From Candidatus Brocadiia bacterium (GTDB lineage: Bacteria; Planctomycetota; Brocadiia; CAIUPP01): 64,000 nucleotides of DNA. The DNA lies in contig JBEKCB010000024.1 in the NCBI GenBank assembly GCA_050015075.1, positions 21,660-85,659 of the forward strand. The letters are read 5' to 3'. The notes beneath the pieces are model-generated. The model did not search any database. It saw nothing but the letters and a program-made list of their open reading frames with translations, and had not been told where the DNA came from. The translations under genes and the position numbers were made by a program. This document shows, piece after piece, positions 13,370-21,671 of the stretch. Numbering within the stretch: the first letter of the stretch is position 1; each line of letters opens with the position of its first letter.

Positions 13370-13465
13370 GCGGCTTGCCCGCCGTAGCTCCCGCTCTTCG
13401 CAGCTCCGCTGCTTCGGCGGGCGAAGAAGAGTCGGCGGGCGAAGAAGAATTAGCGAAGGCGGGAG
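13370..13465. repeat. REP-like element interrupted by a 60-bp insert
   Basis: GCGGCTTGCCCGCCGTAGCT + 60 bp + TTAGCGAAGGCGGGAG is the reverse complement of 3929-3964. Confidence 0.7.
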
Positions 13466-13590
13466 AGTAGAGTGAGGAGTGAATTGAAACGGCGGCGTTC
13501 ATCGCTCGCGTTGGTACTCTGCTACGCTGGAAATGATGGGCAGAGCGCCATGAGCCTTGTGCAAGTATCTTCAGTCGCAGATCGTCAACC

Positions 13591-14475
13591 GCCTGGCATC
13601 CCGAGGCTCGACCTCGAATCGCTCTGATTTTCGACTAGATACGTTACGTACCTAGTCGGATACTCCTGGCAAATGCCATGGGGCGACGACAGGCCCTGTG
13701 CCTGCGCAAGTGGGATAGATGTGCCTGGAATCCCCAGGCTCTGCCTCGAATCGCCTTGATCGTCGGCTAGGTACGATACGTACCTAGTCGGATACTCCTG
13801 ACAAATGTTATGAGGCGGCGATGGGTGTTCAGCGCGGAACGTTCCTGGCACGGGCCAACGGAGCAGCGGGTGGCCTCCGCCCTTCGCTTCGAGGGACTTC
13901 TCGGTTGCGCGCGCCATGGCTTGTCCACCCGCAATTCTCGAGGCACGACTTCAAATCGCCTTGATCGTCGGCTAGATACGATACGTACCTAGTCGGCTGC
14001 TCCCGGCAAATATTATGAGGCGGCGACAGGCCCTGTGCCTGCGCAAGTGGGATAGATGTGCCTGGAATCCCCAGGCTCTGCCTCGAATCGCCTTGGTCGT
14101 CGGCTAGGTACGATACGTGCCTAGTCGGCTGCTCCCGGCAAATATTATGAGGCGGCGACAGGCCTTGTGCCTGCGCAAGTGGGATAGATGTGCCTGGAAT
14201 CCCCAGGCTCTGCCTCGAATCGCCTTGGTCGTCGGCTAGGTACGATACGTACCTAGTCGGATGCTGTTGGCAAGTGTTATGAGGCGGCGAATGGCGTTCA
14301 ACGCGGAACGTTCCTGCCGCGGCCCTGAGGCGCAGCGGGCGGCCACACCCTTCATTTGGAGGGACTTCCCGGTTGTGCCCTGAATCCCCAGGCTCTGTCT
14401 CGCATCGCCTTGGTCGTCCGCTAGGTACGATACGTACCTAGTCGGATACTCCTGGCAAATGTTATGAGGCGGCGG
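13591..14475. repeat. Tandem array of six ~99-bp units, each centred on the palindrome CTAGGTACG-ATA-CGTACCTAG
   Basis: Palindromes start at 13635, 13767, 13972, 14104, 14236 and 14421 (spacings 132, 205, 132, 132, 185); two recurring spacer types. Confidence 0.95.
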
Positions 14476-14529
14476 CTGGTGTTTAGCGCGGAACGTTCCC
14501 TGCACGGGCCGGCGGCGCAGCGGGCGGCC

Positions 14530-14859
14530 TTAGCCCTTCGTTCGGAGGGACTTCTCGGTTGCGCGCGCCATGGCTTGCCAGTGGCGCTTCATCTGCGAGA
14601 GGCGCTGTGCGCCTTTGCTTGAAAGCCTGCAGTATCGCCGGCGCGGTCCAAGGGGTGAATACCCGTCATGGACGGTGATCCAACCCTCACGCTGAAATCT
14701 CGCCAGGACCCTGCAGACGGTCGCCCCGGGTACTTTCTGACCGCCGCCCTCGAAAAGGAGTTCTCGCAACTGATAACCGTAGCTCTGACCTTGGGAGAGA
14801 TGCCCCAAGATCCACAGCTCGATCAACCCTTTTCGCACTTGCGTTGCCCATGTCTGCAC
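14530..14859 (-). CDS. PadR-family winged-helix regulator (divergent recognition helix)
   Basis: W.TQVRKGLIEL.IL..L.....YGY, S..GP.RRY, G...L..M...W pattern; GATVCRVL replaces the usual GTxYPxL. Confidence 0.85.
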   Translation of the reverse strand: MQTWATQVRKGLIELWILGHLSQGQSYGYQLRELLFEGGGQKVPGATVCRVLARFQREGWITVHDGYSPLGPRRRYCRLSSKGAQRLSQMKRHWQAMARATEKSLRTKG

Positions 14860-15015
14860 AGGCGCTCCTCCGTTCCGAGGACTTGCCGCCGCATGGTCGT
14901 ATCGGATATCAGCATGCCGGAATGAACATCAGCCGGCAGATCATCGGGCAGTTTTCCCTCATCCCGCGCAGCCCGCCCGCTTCCCGAAGAGCGACCCGCA
15001 GGCCCTGACGGGCGG

Positions 15016-15036
15016 CTAGATACGATACGTACCTAG
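15016..15036. promoter_or_regulatory. Solo copy of the array palindrome upstream of padR (candidate operator)
   Basis: CTAGATACGATACGTACCTAG about 160 bp upstream of the padR start, without the rest of the 99-bp unit. Confidence 0.65.
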
Positions 15037-15078
15037 TGTGGCGTTTCGCAAACAACCAAGATGAATTCAGCCCTCTTC

Positions 15079-15161
15079 TTGCCAAGCGCAGCGAAGGATC
15101 TCACACCTTAGACCGTCGCCGGCGCGAGGCGTATGAGATTCCTCGCTCTGCTCGGAATGAC
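15079..15161. repeat. Degenerate REP-like inverted element
   Basis: AGCGCAGCGAAGGATCTC ... GAGATTCCTCGCTCTGCTCGGAATGAC arms. Confidence 0.5.
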
Positions 15162-15206
15162 TGGCCCGGGCGAAGCTTATTTTCGGGACTACGTACTCCG
15201 CATTCG

Positions 15207-16487
15207 TCAGAGCCGCCAGTACGCCGAGTCGGGCAGGTCCTCTTTCCTCAGCACGGACTTGACGTCCATCACCACCGACCGCGACGGGCGGCGCAGCAGC
15301 GAGCGGATCCAGGCGGCGCCCTTTTCCAGGAACACCTTGTGCGGCACCGCCAGGATGACGGCGTCGCTCCCGCTGATGGCCGATTCCGGGCTCAGCGCCA
15401 GCCCGTATTCGTGCTGCGTCTCCTCGGAGGAGGCCAGCGGATCGTGGATCAGGCAGGCGATGCCGTACTCGGAGAGTTCGCGGACGATGTCCACGACCTT
15501 CGAGTTGCGGATGTCCGGCACGTTCTCCTTGAACGTGATCCCCAGCACGGCCACGCGCGCCTGGCGCACGCTGATTTCCTGGTTCACCAGGAGCTTGATG
15601 GTCTGCTCGGCGACGTACTTGCCCATGCTGTCGTTGATCCGCCGGCCGGCCAGGATCACCTGCGGATGGTAGCCCAGCCGCTCCGCCTTCTGCGTCAGAT
15701 AGTACGGGTCCACGCTGATGCAATGCCCGCCGACCAGGCCGGGCTTGAAGGGGAGGAAATTCCACTTGGTCGCGGCCGCTTCGAGCACCTGCGAGGTGTC
15801 GAGGCCCATCCGGTGGAAGATCATCGCCAGTTCGTTCATCAGCGCGATGTTCAAGTCGCGCTGGGTGTTCTCGATCACCTTGGCCGCCTCGGCGGTCTTG
15901 ATGCTCGCCGCCTTGAAGACGCCGCGGCCGGCGACGAGGCCGTAGACCTCGGCGACCGTCTCGAGGGTCTCGGCATCCATGCCGGAAACGACCTTGACCA
16001 CGCGCGCCAGGCTGTGTTCCTTGTCGCCGGGATTGATGCGCTCGGGCGAGTAGCCGACCTTGAAGTCGCGTCCGCAGACCCGGCCGGAAGCGCGTTCGAG
16101 CACCGGCACGCAGACCTCCTCCGTCACGCCCGGATAGACGGTGGATTCGAAGACGACGATCGCGCCGGGGCGCAACTGCGGGCCGACGAGTTCGCTGGCG
16201 CTCACCAGGCAGGAGAGGTCCGGCTGCTTGGCGTCGTCCACGGGCGTGGGGACGGTGACGATGATGAAGTCCGCGCGCTTCAGCGCCGCCGGATCGGTGG
16301 TGTACTCCACTTGCGACTCGGCCAGGTCCGCGGGCGAGACCTCGCGGGTGTGGTCCTCGCGCCGGCGCAATTCCTCGATCCGCCTGCGATTGATGTCAAG
16401 GCCGATGACCGGCGCTTTCTTCCCGAAAGCCACCGCCAGCGGCAATCCCACGTAGCCCAATCCGACCACGGCGATGCTCCGGTCCAT
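15207..16487 (-). CDS. UDP-N-acetylhexosamine 6-dehydrogenase (TviB/WbpO/WecC family)
   Basis: VVGLGYVGLPLA, ESTVYPG, YSPERINPGD, ENTQRDLNIA, GGHCI.VDPYYL; start reassigned to ATG 16487. Confidence 0.93.
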   Translation of the reverse strand: MDRSIAVVGLGYVGLPLAVAFGKKAPVIGLDINRRRIEELRRREDHTREVSPADLAESQVEYTTDPAALKRADFIIVTVPTPVDDAKQPDLSCLVSASELVGPQLRPGAIVVFESTVYPGVTEEVCVPVLERASGRVCGRDFKVGYSPERINPGDKEHSLARVVKVVSGMDAETLETVAEVYGLVAGRGVFKAASIKTAEAAKVIENTQRDLNIALMNELAMIFHRMGLDTSQVLEAAATKWNFLPFKPGLVGGHCISVDPYYLTQKAERLGYHPQVILAGRRINDSMGKYVAEQTIKLLVNQEISVRQARVAVLGITFKENVPDIRNSKVVDIVRELSEYGIACLIHDPLASSEETQHEYGLALSPESAISGSDAVILAVPHKVFLEKGAAWIRSLLRRPSRSVVMDVKSVLRKEDLPDSAYWRL

Positions 16488-16614
16488 CGCTTCGCCCTTC
16501 TCCTGATGCAGAAATCCATGCGGTTCCGGCGCCGCCCGCCTCGCAGACGGGCGCGGCGCCGCGCGAGAGTTTAGCACCCGCTTGAGGACCGGCGCAAGGG
16601 CAGCCGGCCACGGC

Positions 16615-18414
16615 TCATTTCCCCTCGGTCCCGCGCTGCGGCGAGCGCCCGGCGGCCCGGTTGATGTCCGCGAGAAGCTGCTCGGGCACAATCCCGCCGA
16701 GGTCCCTGAGCTTCTCGATGTCCGCAAGCGCCTTGGCGTATTCCTTCAGCCGGTAATAGGTTATCGCGCGGTTGAGGTAGATCAGGACGTCGTTCGGATT
16801 CACCGCGACGGCCCGGCCGTAGTCGCGCAGCGCGTCCCGGCTGCGGCCGAGGGCGTCGTACGCGTTGCCGCGGTTGATGTAGGCGTCGGCGTCGTTCGCG
16901 TTGAGCCGGAGCGCCTCGTCGTAATAGTGCAGCGCCTCGTCGAGCTGGTTCATCGCCGCGTAAGCGAGCCCGAGATTGTTATAGGCGTCGGCGAAGTCCG
17001 GGTTCAGCCGGATCGCCTCGGCGCAATCTTTCTTCGTCTCCTCGTAACGCCCCGCGTAAAAGCACATCTGGCCGAGGTTGCTCCAGGCCCGCGGGTTCAG
17101 CGGGCTCACCTTCGTCGCGGCGGTCCATATCGAGATGGCGTCCTGGTAATCCAGGTTCCGGGCGTACGTCCGCCAACCCAGCGCGCACGTCAGCGGCAGC
17201 ATCAGGGCGATCGCCGCCGCAATCCGGACGGGCCGGCGCCACGCTTGAGAAGCGAACAGCCGGGCCGCCAGCCGCTCCGACAGCAGGTGCGCCGCGACGA
17301 CCGCCAGCGCGACCACCGCCGCCAGCGGCAGGTACATGCGCTGCTCGAACGCCAGGTCACGGATCGGCATGAAACTGGAGGTCGGCGCGAGGATCAGAAA
17401 AAACCACGCGCCGAGGAAGCCCCACATCGGCTTGCGGATCAGCGCCCAGAGCGTCGCCGCGAGCAGGAGGGCCATGACGATGCAACTGGGCACGGTCGGC
17501 CACAGGCTTACGGTGATCGGCCAGCCGTAGTCCAGGCACAGTCCGCTCGGCCAGAAGGCCAGCCGGAGATAGTGCAGGATGACGCCCGTCTCATTCCGCG
17601 CGTAACGCACCGGCGAGATGTCCGGCAGCGCGAACCCGGCCGTGATCGGATACCGCTCGAACGCCATGAGCAGCGAGCGGGCCAGGAGGAACCACGTGGC
17701 CGCCAGCGCCAGATACAATCCCCATCGCCGCCGAAGCGCCTCGCGGAACGAACCCGCGATAAAGCACCGGTCGTACAGCAGCGCCACCAGCGGCGCGGCG
17801 GCCATGACCTGCTTGCAGCCCATTCCCAGCGCGCACGCCGCGACCGCGCCGACGCTCCATGCGCCCGGCCGCCGCGCGCAGGCGGCGCGGATGAAACAGT
17901 ACAGCGTCAGCAGGAAAAAGAGCCCCATGAGCGACTCCGCCCGCTGGGTGAGGTACGTCACCGACTGCGTCAACAGCGGGTGGACCGTCCAGAGCAGCGC
18001 GATGCAGAACGCGACCGGCGTGGAGTCCCGGTCGCCGAACCGCCGCGCGACGGCGGGGAGTTCCAGCGTCCGGCGCGCCACGCCGAAGAGCGCCAACGCG
18101 GCCAGCAGGTGAATCGCCAGGTTCATCTTATGGTATCCGTCGACGTCCAGCCCGCCGCGCCAGTAGTTGAACACGAAGGTCAGGTCGACGATCGGCCGCG
18201 TGCCGGCCAGAATGCGCGGGATCAAATCCTTCCTCACGCAGACCAGGCTGACGAAGTCGCCGTCGTCGAAGATGAACGGTCCGCCGAAGCTGTCCCGGTA
18301 CGCGAGCAGTCCCGCGGCAACCAGCGCCGCGCAGCAGAGCGTCGTCCAGACGAAGCGCCACAGCGTGCGCGGGCGCGTCGGCTGCTCAACTGACTCGTTG
18401 ATCGTCCCATTCAT
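16615..18414 (-). CDS. TMTC-like GT-C membrane glycosyltransferase with C-terminal TPR repeats
   Basis: FIFDD, RP, HPL.TQSVTY..QR.E, K, E.RMYLP motifs in a multi-TM region, followed by about 4 TPRs. Confidence 0.85.
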   Translation of the reverse strand: MNGTINESVEQPTRPRTLWRFVWTTLCCAALVAAGLLAYRDSFGGPFIFDDGDFVSLVCVRKDLIPRILAGTRPIVDLTFVFNYWRGGLDVDGYHKMNLAIHLLAALALFGVARRTLELPAVARRFGDRDSTPVAFCIALLWTVHPLLTQSVTYLTQRAESLMGLFFLLTLYCFIRAACARRPGAWSVGAVAACALGMGCKQVMAAAPLVALLYDRCFIAGSFREALRRRWGLYLALAATWFLLARSLLMAFERYPITAGFALPDISPVRYARNETGVILHYLRLAFWPSGLCLDYGWPITVSLWPTVPSCIVMALLLAATLWALIRKPMWGFLGAWFFLILAPTSSFMPIRDLAFEQRMYLPLAAVVALAVVAAHLLSERLAARLFASQAWRRPVRIAAAIALMLPLTCALGWRTYARNLDYQDAISIWTAATKVSPLNPRAWSNLGQMCFYAGRYEETKKDCAEAIRLNPDFADAYNNLGLAYAAMNQLDEALHYYDEALRLNANDADAYINRGNAYDALGRSRDALRDYGRAVAVNPNDVLIYLNRAITYYRLKEYAKALADIEKLRDLGGIVPEQLLADINRAAGRSPQRGTEGK

Positions 18415-18546
18415 CTCCGGCGTTCCTGCAAAGTCAGCCCCGTTGTTTTCGCGCGGCGCGGGCTCGCCGACAAATCTACTCGCGCCTCCGTCATCCTGTC
18501 AAGAAAGAGCCGCAAGAACCCGCGCCGGGCGTCCGCATTTTCCGGG

Positions 18547-18573
18547 TTAACTCCCGCGACGACGCGCCGATAA
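18547..18573 (+). promoter_or_regulatory. sigma28 (FliA/WhiG)-type promoter
   Basis: TTAA-15 nt-GCCGATAA, close to the TAAA-N15-GCCGATAA consensus. Confidence 0.6.
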
Positions 18574-18662
18574 TCGCCTGAGCGGGCAGCGCAACGCGCC
18601 GCGTTGGATTTCGGATGGATGCCGCCGCCGAAGCGCGTCTGAACAACCGGGGAGCGCAGCTC

Positions 18663-18821
18663 ATGGCCGACCGAGCCGATCCGCCGACTCCGGCGCCGCG
18701 CCCGCGCGAGACTGCGGAAATCCACCGCAGAATCGTCGCCGGCTTCTACGACCGCCCCGACGTAGTTCGTGAAACCGCCTCCCGCATGCTCCAGAGACAC
18801 GCGTTGACCACCGAACGCTGA
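18663..18821 (+). CDS. Small protein resembling the FlgM anti-sigma28 C-terminus
   Basis: 52 aa after a GGAG RBS; EIHRRIVAGFYDRPDVVRETASRML resembles the FlgM I+..I..G.Y.....+A..+ motif; lies behind a sigma28-like promoter. Confidence 0.5.
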   Translation: MADRADPPTPAPRPRETAEIHRRIVAGFYDRPDVVRETASRMLQRHALTTER

Positions 18822-18878
18822 CCGCCGCGCCACGCTGCCGACAACCCGCCGCGACGCGTGCCGCCGAACTTTCACCCC

Positions 18879-18948
18879 GTCATTCCCGCGAAAGCGGGAA
18901 TCCATACCATTGCGCCGTACCCTGGATTCCCGCTTTCGCGGGAATGAC
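18879..18948. repeat. REP-like element (perfect 26-bp inverted repeat)
   Basis: GTCATTCCCGCGAAAGCGGGAATCCA ... TGGATTCCCGCTTTCGCGGGAATGAC. Confidence 0.85.
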
Positions 18949-18982
18949 AGCGCCAGGCGCCTTCATGCGCGCCAACGACCGG

Positions 18983-19011
18983 TTGACCGCGCTCCGGGGC
19001 GGATATAGAAT
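18983..19011 (+). promoter_or_regulatory. sigma70 promoter of queC
   Basis: TTGACC-17 nt-TAGAAT. Confidence 0.55.
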
Positions 19012-19065
19012 GCGCTCGATGCCGCTGCGCGGCGCGCGATCCTCAATCCGGCCAGGGAGATTTCG

Positions 19066-19821
19066 GTGCCGACTTCCATCGTGCTGATCTCGGCGGGCCT
19101 CGATTCCACCGTGAACCTCAAGTGCGCGCAGGACGACGGCGGCGTCGCCGCGGCCTTGACGTTCGACTACGGGCAGCGCGCGGCGCGGCGGGAAGCCGAG
19201 AATTCGGCCGCGATGTGCGCGCGACTGCGCATCCGGCACGAGACAATCCGGCTCCCATGGCTCGCTCGGATCACCGGGACGGCGCTCGTCGGGCGGAAGA
19301 AGCCGCTGCCGCGCCTGAAGCCGGCCGAGCTGGACGATCCGGTCGCCGCCGGGCGCTCCGCATTGCGCGTGTGGGTGCCCAACCGCAACGGCGTGTTCCT
19401 GGCCGTCGCCGCCGCGTACGCGGAAGCACTAGGCGCCGGGCGCGTCGTGGCCGGGTTCAACGCCGAGGAAGCGGTGACTTTTCCGGACAACTCCGAGGAG
19501 TTCGCGCGCGCGGCCACGCGGAGCCTGCGCTTCTCGACGCGGAACGCCGTCCGCGTGAAGAGCTACACGTTCCGCCTGCGCAAGCCGGCGATCGTCGCGC
19601 TGGGGCTGAAGATCGGCGCGCCGATGGACCTCGTCTGGCCCTGTTACGAGGGCGGCCCGCGCCTCTGCGGCCGGTGCGAGTCGTGCCTGCGTTTTTTCCG
19701 CGCGGTCCGGGAAGCGCGACGCGAGGACTGGTTCCGCGTTCACCACCACCGCATGCCGCGGAAGCTTAAACCACGACGGCACGACGAGCACGACGTACGG
19801 CAAGGCAATTCATTGCCGTAG
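19066..19821 (+). CDS. queC: 7-cyano-7-deazaguanine synthase
   Basis: SAGLDS, FDYGQR, WVPNRN, FPDN, CYEG...CGRCESC..R. Confidence 0.93.
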   Translation: MPTSIVLISAGLDSTVNLKCAQDDGGVAAALTFDYGQRAARREAENSAAMCARLRIRHETIRLPWLARITGTALVGRKKPLPRLKPAELDDPVAAGRSALRVWVPNRNGVFLAVAAAYAEALGAGRVVAGFNAEEAVTFPDNSEEFARAATRSLRFSTRNAVRVKSYTFRLRKPAIVALGLKIGAPMDLVWPCYEGGPRLCGRCESCLRFFRAVREARREDWFRVHHHRMPRKLKPRRHDEHDVRQGNSLP

Positions 19822-19856
19822 CGGCAGTACCGTAGTGCTCGTCGTGTCGTCGTGGT
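19770..19856. repeat. ACGACG-family palindromic element, copy 2 (overlaps the queC 3' end)
   Basis: ACCACGACGGCACGACGAGCACGACGTACGG...GTGCTCGTCGTGTCGTCGTGGT. Confidence 0.75.
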
Positions 19857-19908
19857 GAGAACTTTGTGCCGCCGTGGTGAAAGAGTTTCGATAAGGGAGC
19901 GGACGCCG

Positions 19909-20478
19909 ATGAGCGCGATTCAGGTCTTGTTCGTTCCGCTGAAGATCGCCTATACCGGCGAGCAACTCCGCTCGCACTGGGCTTATAACTCGTACGACAT
20001 CCTCGGCGACAGCGCCGTCGCCTTCGTCGGCCCGTGCGACGTGCGGCCGGAATTCATGAAGGACGTGGAAGACCTGAAGGCCGCCTCGCGCATTTATTCC
20101 GAGGAGATGCTGCACTTCATCGTCGAGCATTTCAGTTGCGCATTGGACATGGCTCTGCTGCGGCAGCGGCTGCTCATCGCGATCATGGCTGAGAACCTCA
20201 ACCGCAGGCGCGTCAGCGATGGGCCCGCAACACGCAGCGGCTCAGACCTTTACGACGGGCGGCTCAAGCTGACGGTGTCCATCGCGAGCGTTTCGCCGGT
20301 GAGCGCGCTGATCCACGCCGGCATCAACGTCTCCAGCCGCAACACCCCGGTCCCGACGCGCGGGCTGGCCGACTACGGCATCGAGCCGAGCGCGTTCGCT
20401 AAGGAAATTCTCGCGGCATATTCTTCGGAGTGCGACGGACTGCTGCGGGCGAGGTGCAAAGTCAGAGGGTGCGATTAA
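19909..20478 (+). CDS. DUF366 family protein (BPL/LplA-like fold)
   Basis: Y.G.QL.SHWAY....I.GDS...F.GPC.V....M.D.ED, MLHFI.EHF, RQRLL, R.G.DL, KL.VSIA, H.GIN, RA..KVR. Confidence 0.85.
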   Translation: MSAIQVLFVPLKIAYTGEQLRSHWAYNSYDILGDSAVAFVGPCDVRPEFMKDVEDLKAASRIYSEEMLHFIVEHFSCALDMALLRQRLLIAIMAENLNRRRVSDGPATRSGSDLYDGRLKLTVSIASVSPVSALIHAGINVSSRNTPVPTRGLADYGIEPSAFAKEILAAYSSECDGLLRARCKVRGCD

Positions 20479-20504
20479 GCACGAGAGTCAACTGCCGTTG
20501 GCGA

Positions 20505-20681
20505 TCAGTCTTTCAACTTCGCCAGGATGTGGCGCGCGAGATGCTCTTTGATTTCGCGATGGCGCGGGACAGGCTGACAGACGCCGGTTCGCGGATTCTG
20601 ATACCAGTCGTGCCTGCCCCCTGAACGGATAAAGACACACCCCTTCGTTTCGATCTGCCGGATGAGGTCAACGCGTTTCAT
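20505..20681 (-). CDS. hicA: HicA family toxin
   Basis: 58 aa, below the ORF cutoff: MKRVDLIRQIETKGCVFIRSGGRHDWYQNPRTGVCQPVPRHREIKEHLARHILAKLKD; overlaps hicB by ATGA. Confidence 0.9.
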   Translation of the reverse strand: MKRVDLIRQIETKGCVFIRSGGRHDWYQNPRTGVCQPVPRHREIKEHLARHILAKLKD

Positions 20682-20869
20682 GCGATTGGCAGTTCTGCCA
20701 CATGGCGGACGCCAGGGATCTTGCCGCCCGTCAGGTCGTCATAGATATCCCTGAGGTTCTTTTGCAGTTCCTCCAGGGTCTCGCCCTGCGTCATGTAGTC
20801 CGGGAACTCGTCGAGATACCCGAGCCACATTTCTCCGTCCTGCCAATAGACATATCGTACTGCGTTCAT
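20678..20869 (-). CDS. hicB: HicB family antitoxin (short form)
   Basis: WLGYLDEFPDYMTQGETLEEL..NL.D motif. Confidence 0.88.
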   Translation of the reverse strand: MNAVRYVYWQDGEMWLGYLDEFPDYMTQGETLEELQKNLRDIYDDLTGGKIPGVRHVAELPIA

Positions 20870-21012
20870 AAGGGTATTCTACCTCTTACCGCCGCCCTTT
20901 TCCAACCGCTTTCGATGCGTCTTCTCCACACGCCGCAGGGTCTCGAAAAGGGACGCTTTTATGCGTGCCTCTGCACCTCAGGACGGTGGAACCCCAAGAC
21001 CAGTTCGAGCCG

Positions 21013-21303
21013 CTATCTGTTCCTCCAGTATTGCGGATCGCGGTGCAAATGCATGACCGCGATGATGACGATTCTGCGCGGTTGATCCCGGAAAAGAACG
21101 CCGAAAGGGAAAGTCTTGACGAGGCACCGGCGCACGCCGGGTTCCACTGCCGGATACAGACGGGGATTGAGCAGAATACGGCTGATTGCGTCCTGAACCG
21201 AAGCCAGGAACCGCCGGCCAAGATTCTCCTGCTGCCGCTCATAGTACACGGCAGCCGCGATCATCTCAGCTTCGGCGTCCGCATGGAATTTGACCGGCTT
21301 CAT
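21013..21303 (-). CDS. RelE/ParE family toxin
   Basis: FH..AE.E...A..YYE.....LG.RF...V..AI.RI...P, RR.LV..FPF, IIAVMHL.R.P.YW; start at ATG 21303. Confidence 0.88.
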   Translation of the reverse strand: MKPVKFHADAEAEMIAAAVYYERQQENLGRRFLASVQDAISRILLNPRLYPAVEPGVRRCLVKTFPFGVLFRDQPRRIVIIAVMHLHRDPQYWRNR

Positions 21304-21527
21304 CCGAGGGATTTCAGGGCCCTGGCGAAAACATTCCCGGCGTCTGAAAGCTTTGCACCGTGCTCCACTTCGGCGCAGCGACGGCGGATTTCCCGCTTCC
21401 ACTTGGCGGACAGGCGAGGCGCCGCTGCGGCATCAAGGCTCTCGATCAATTTCTCGGCGACGAAAGCTCTTAGCGGCGGCGGAAGCTCCATCGCTTCTGA
21501 CACGACTCTTTGAGCCGTCGTTTTCAT
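21300..21527 (-). CDS. Addiction-module antitoxin (TIGR02574-like)
   Basis: A+.LP...RA..AE.L+.SLD......W..EI.RR...+..G pattern; overlaps the toxin gene. Confidence 0.85.
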   Translation of the reverse strand: MKTTAQRVVSEAMELPPPLRAFVAEKLIESLDAAAAPRLSAKWKREIRRRCAEVEHGAKLSDAGNVFARALKSLG

Positions 21528-21671
21528 CTCTCAGGTATTCTCCGCGTGAGTTCCTTCCTGTATGCAATCTCAGTATAGTAGGGCCGAGTCAGCGAAGTCA
21601 AATCCTGAAGTCCGGGCTTGCGTTTGCCGTTCGGGACTGGCAATATTTATCGTCGTTAAACGGAGATCGTC

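Noticed and set aside
13591-14475. CRISPR array or integron attC array interpretation of the repeat region
   Set aside because: The conserved unit is ~99 bp, the spacers are themselves repeated rather than unique, there are no cas or integrase genes, and no RYYYAAC/GTTRRRY attC ends were seen.
20886-20980. Possible ferritin/rubrerythrin-like gene fragment (LFETLRRVEKTHRKRLE) between the TA modules
   Set aside because: Too short, with no start codon or further motifs to support it.
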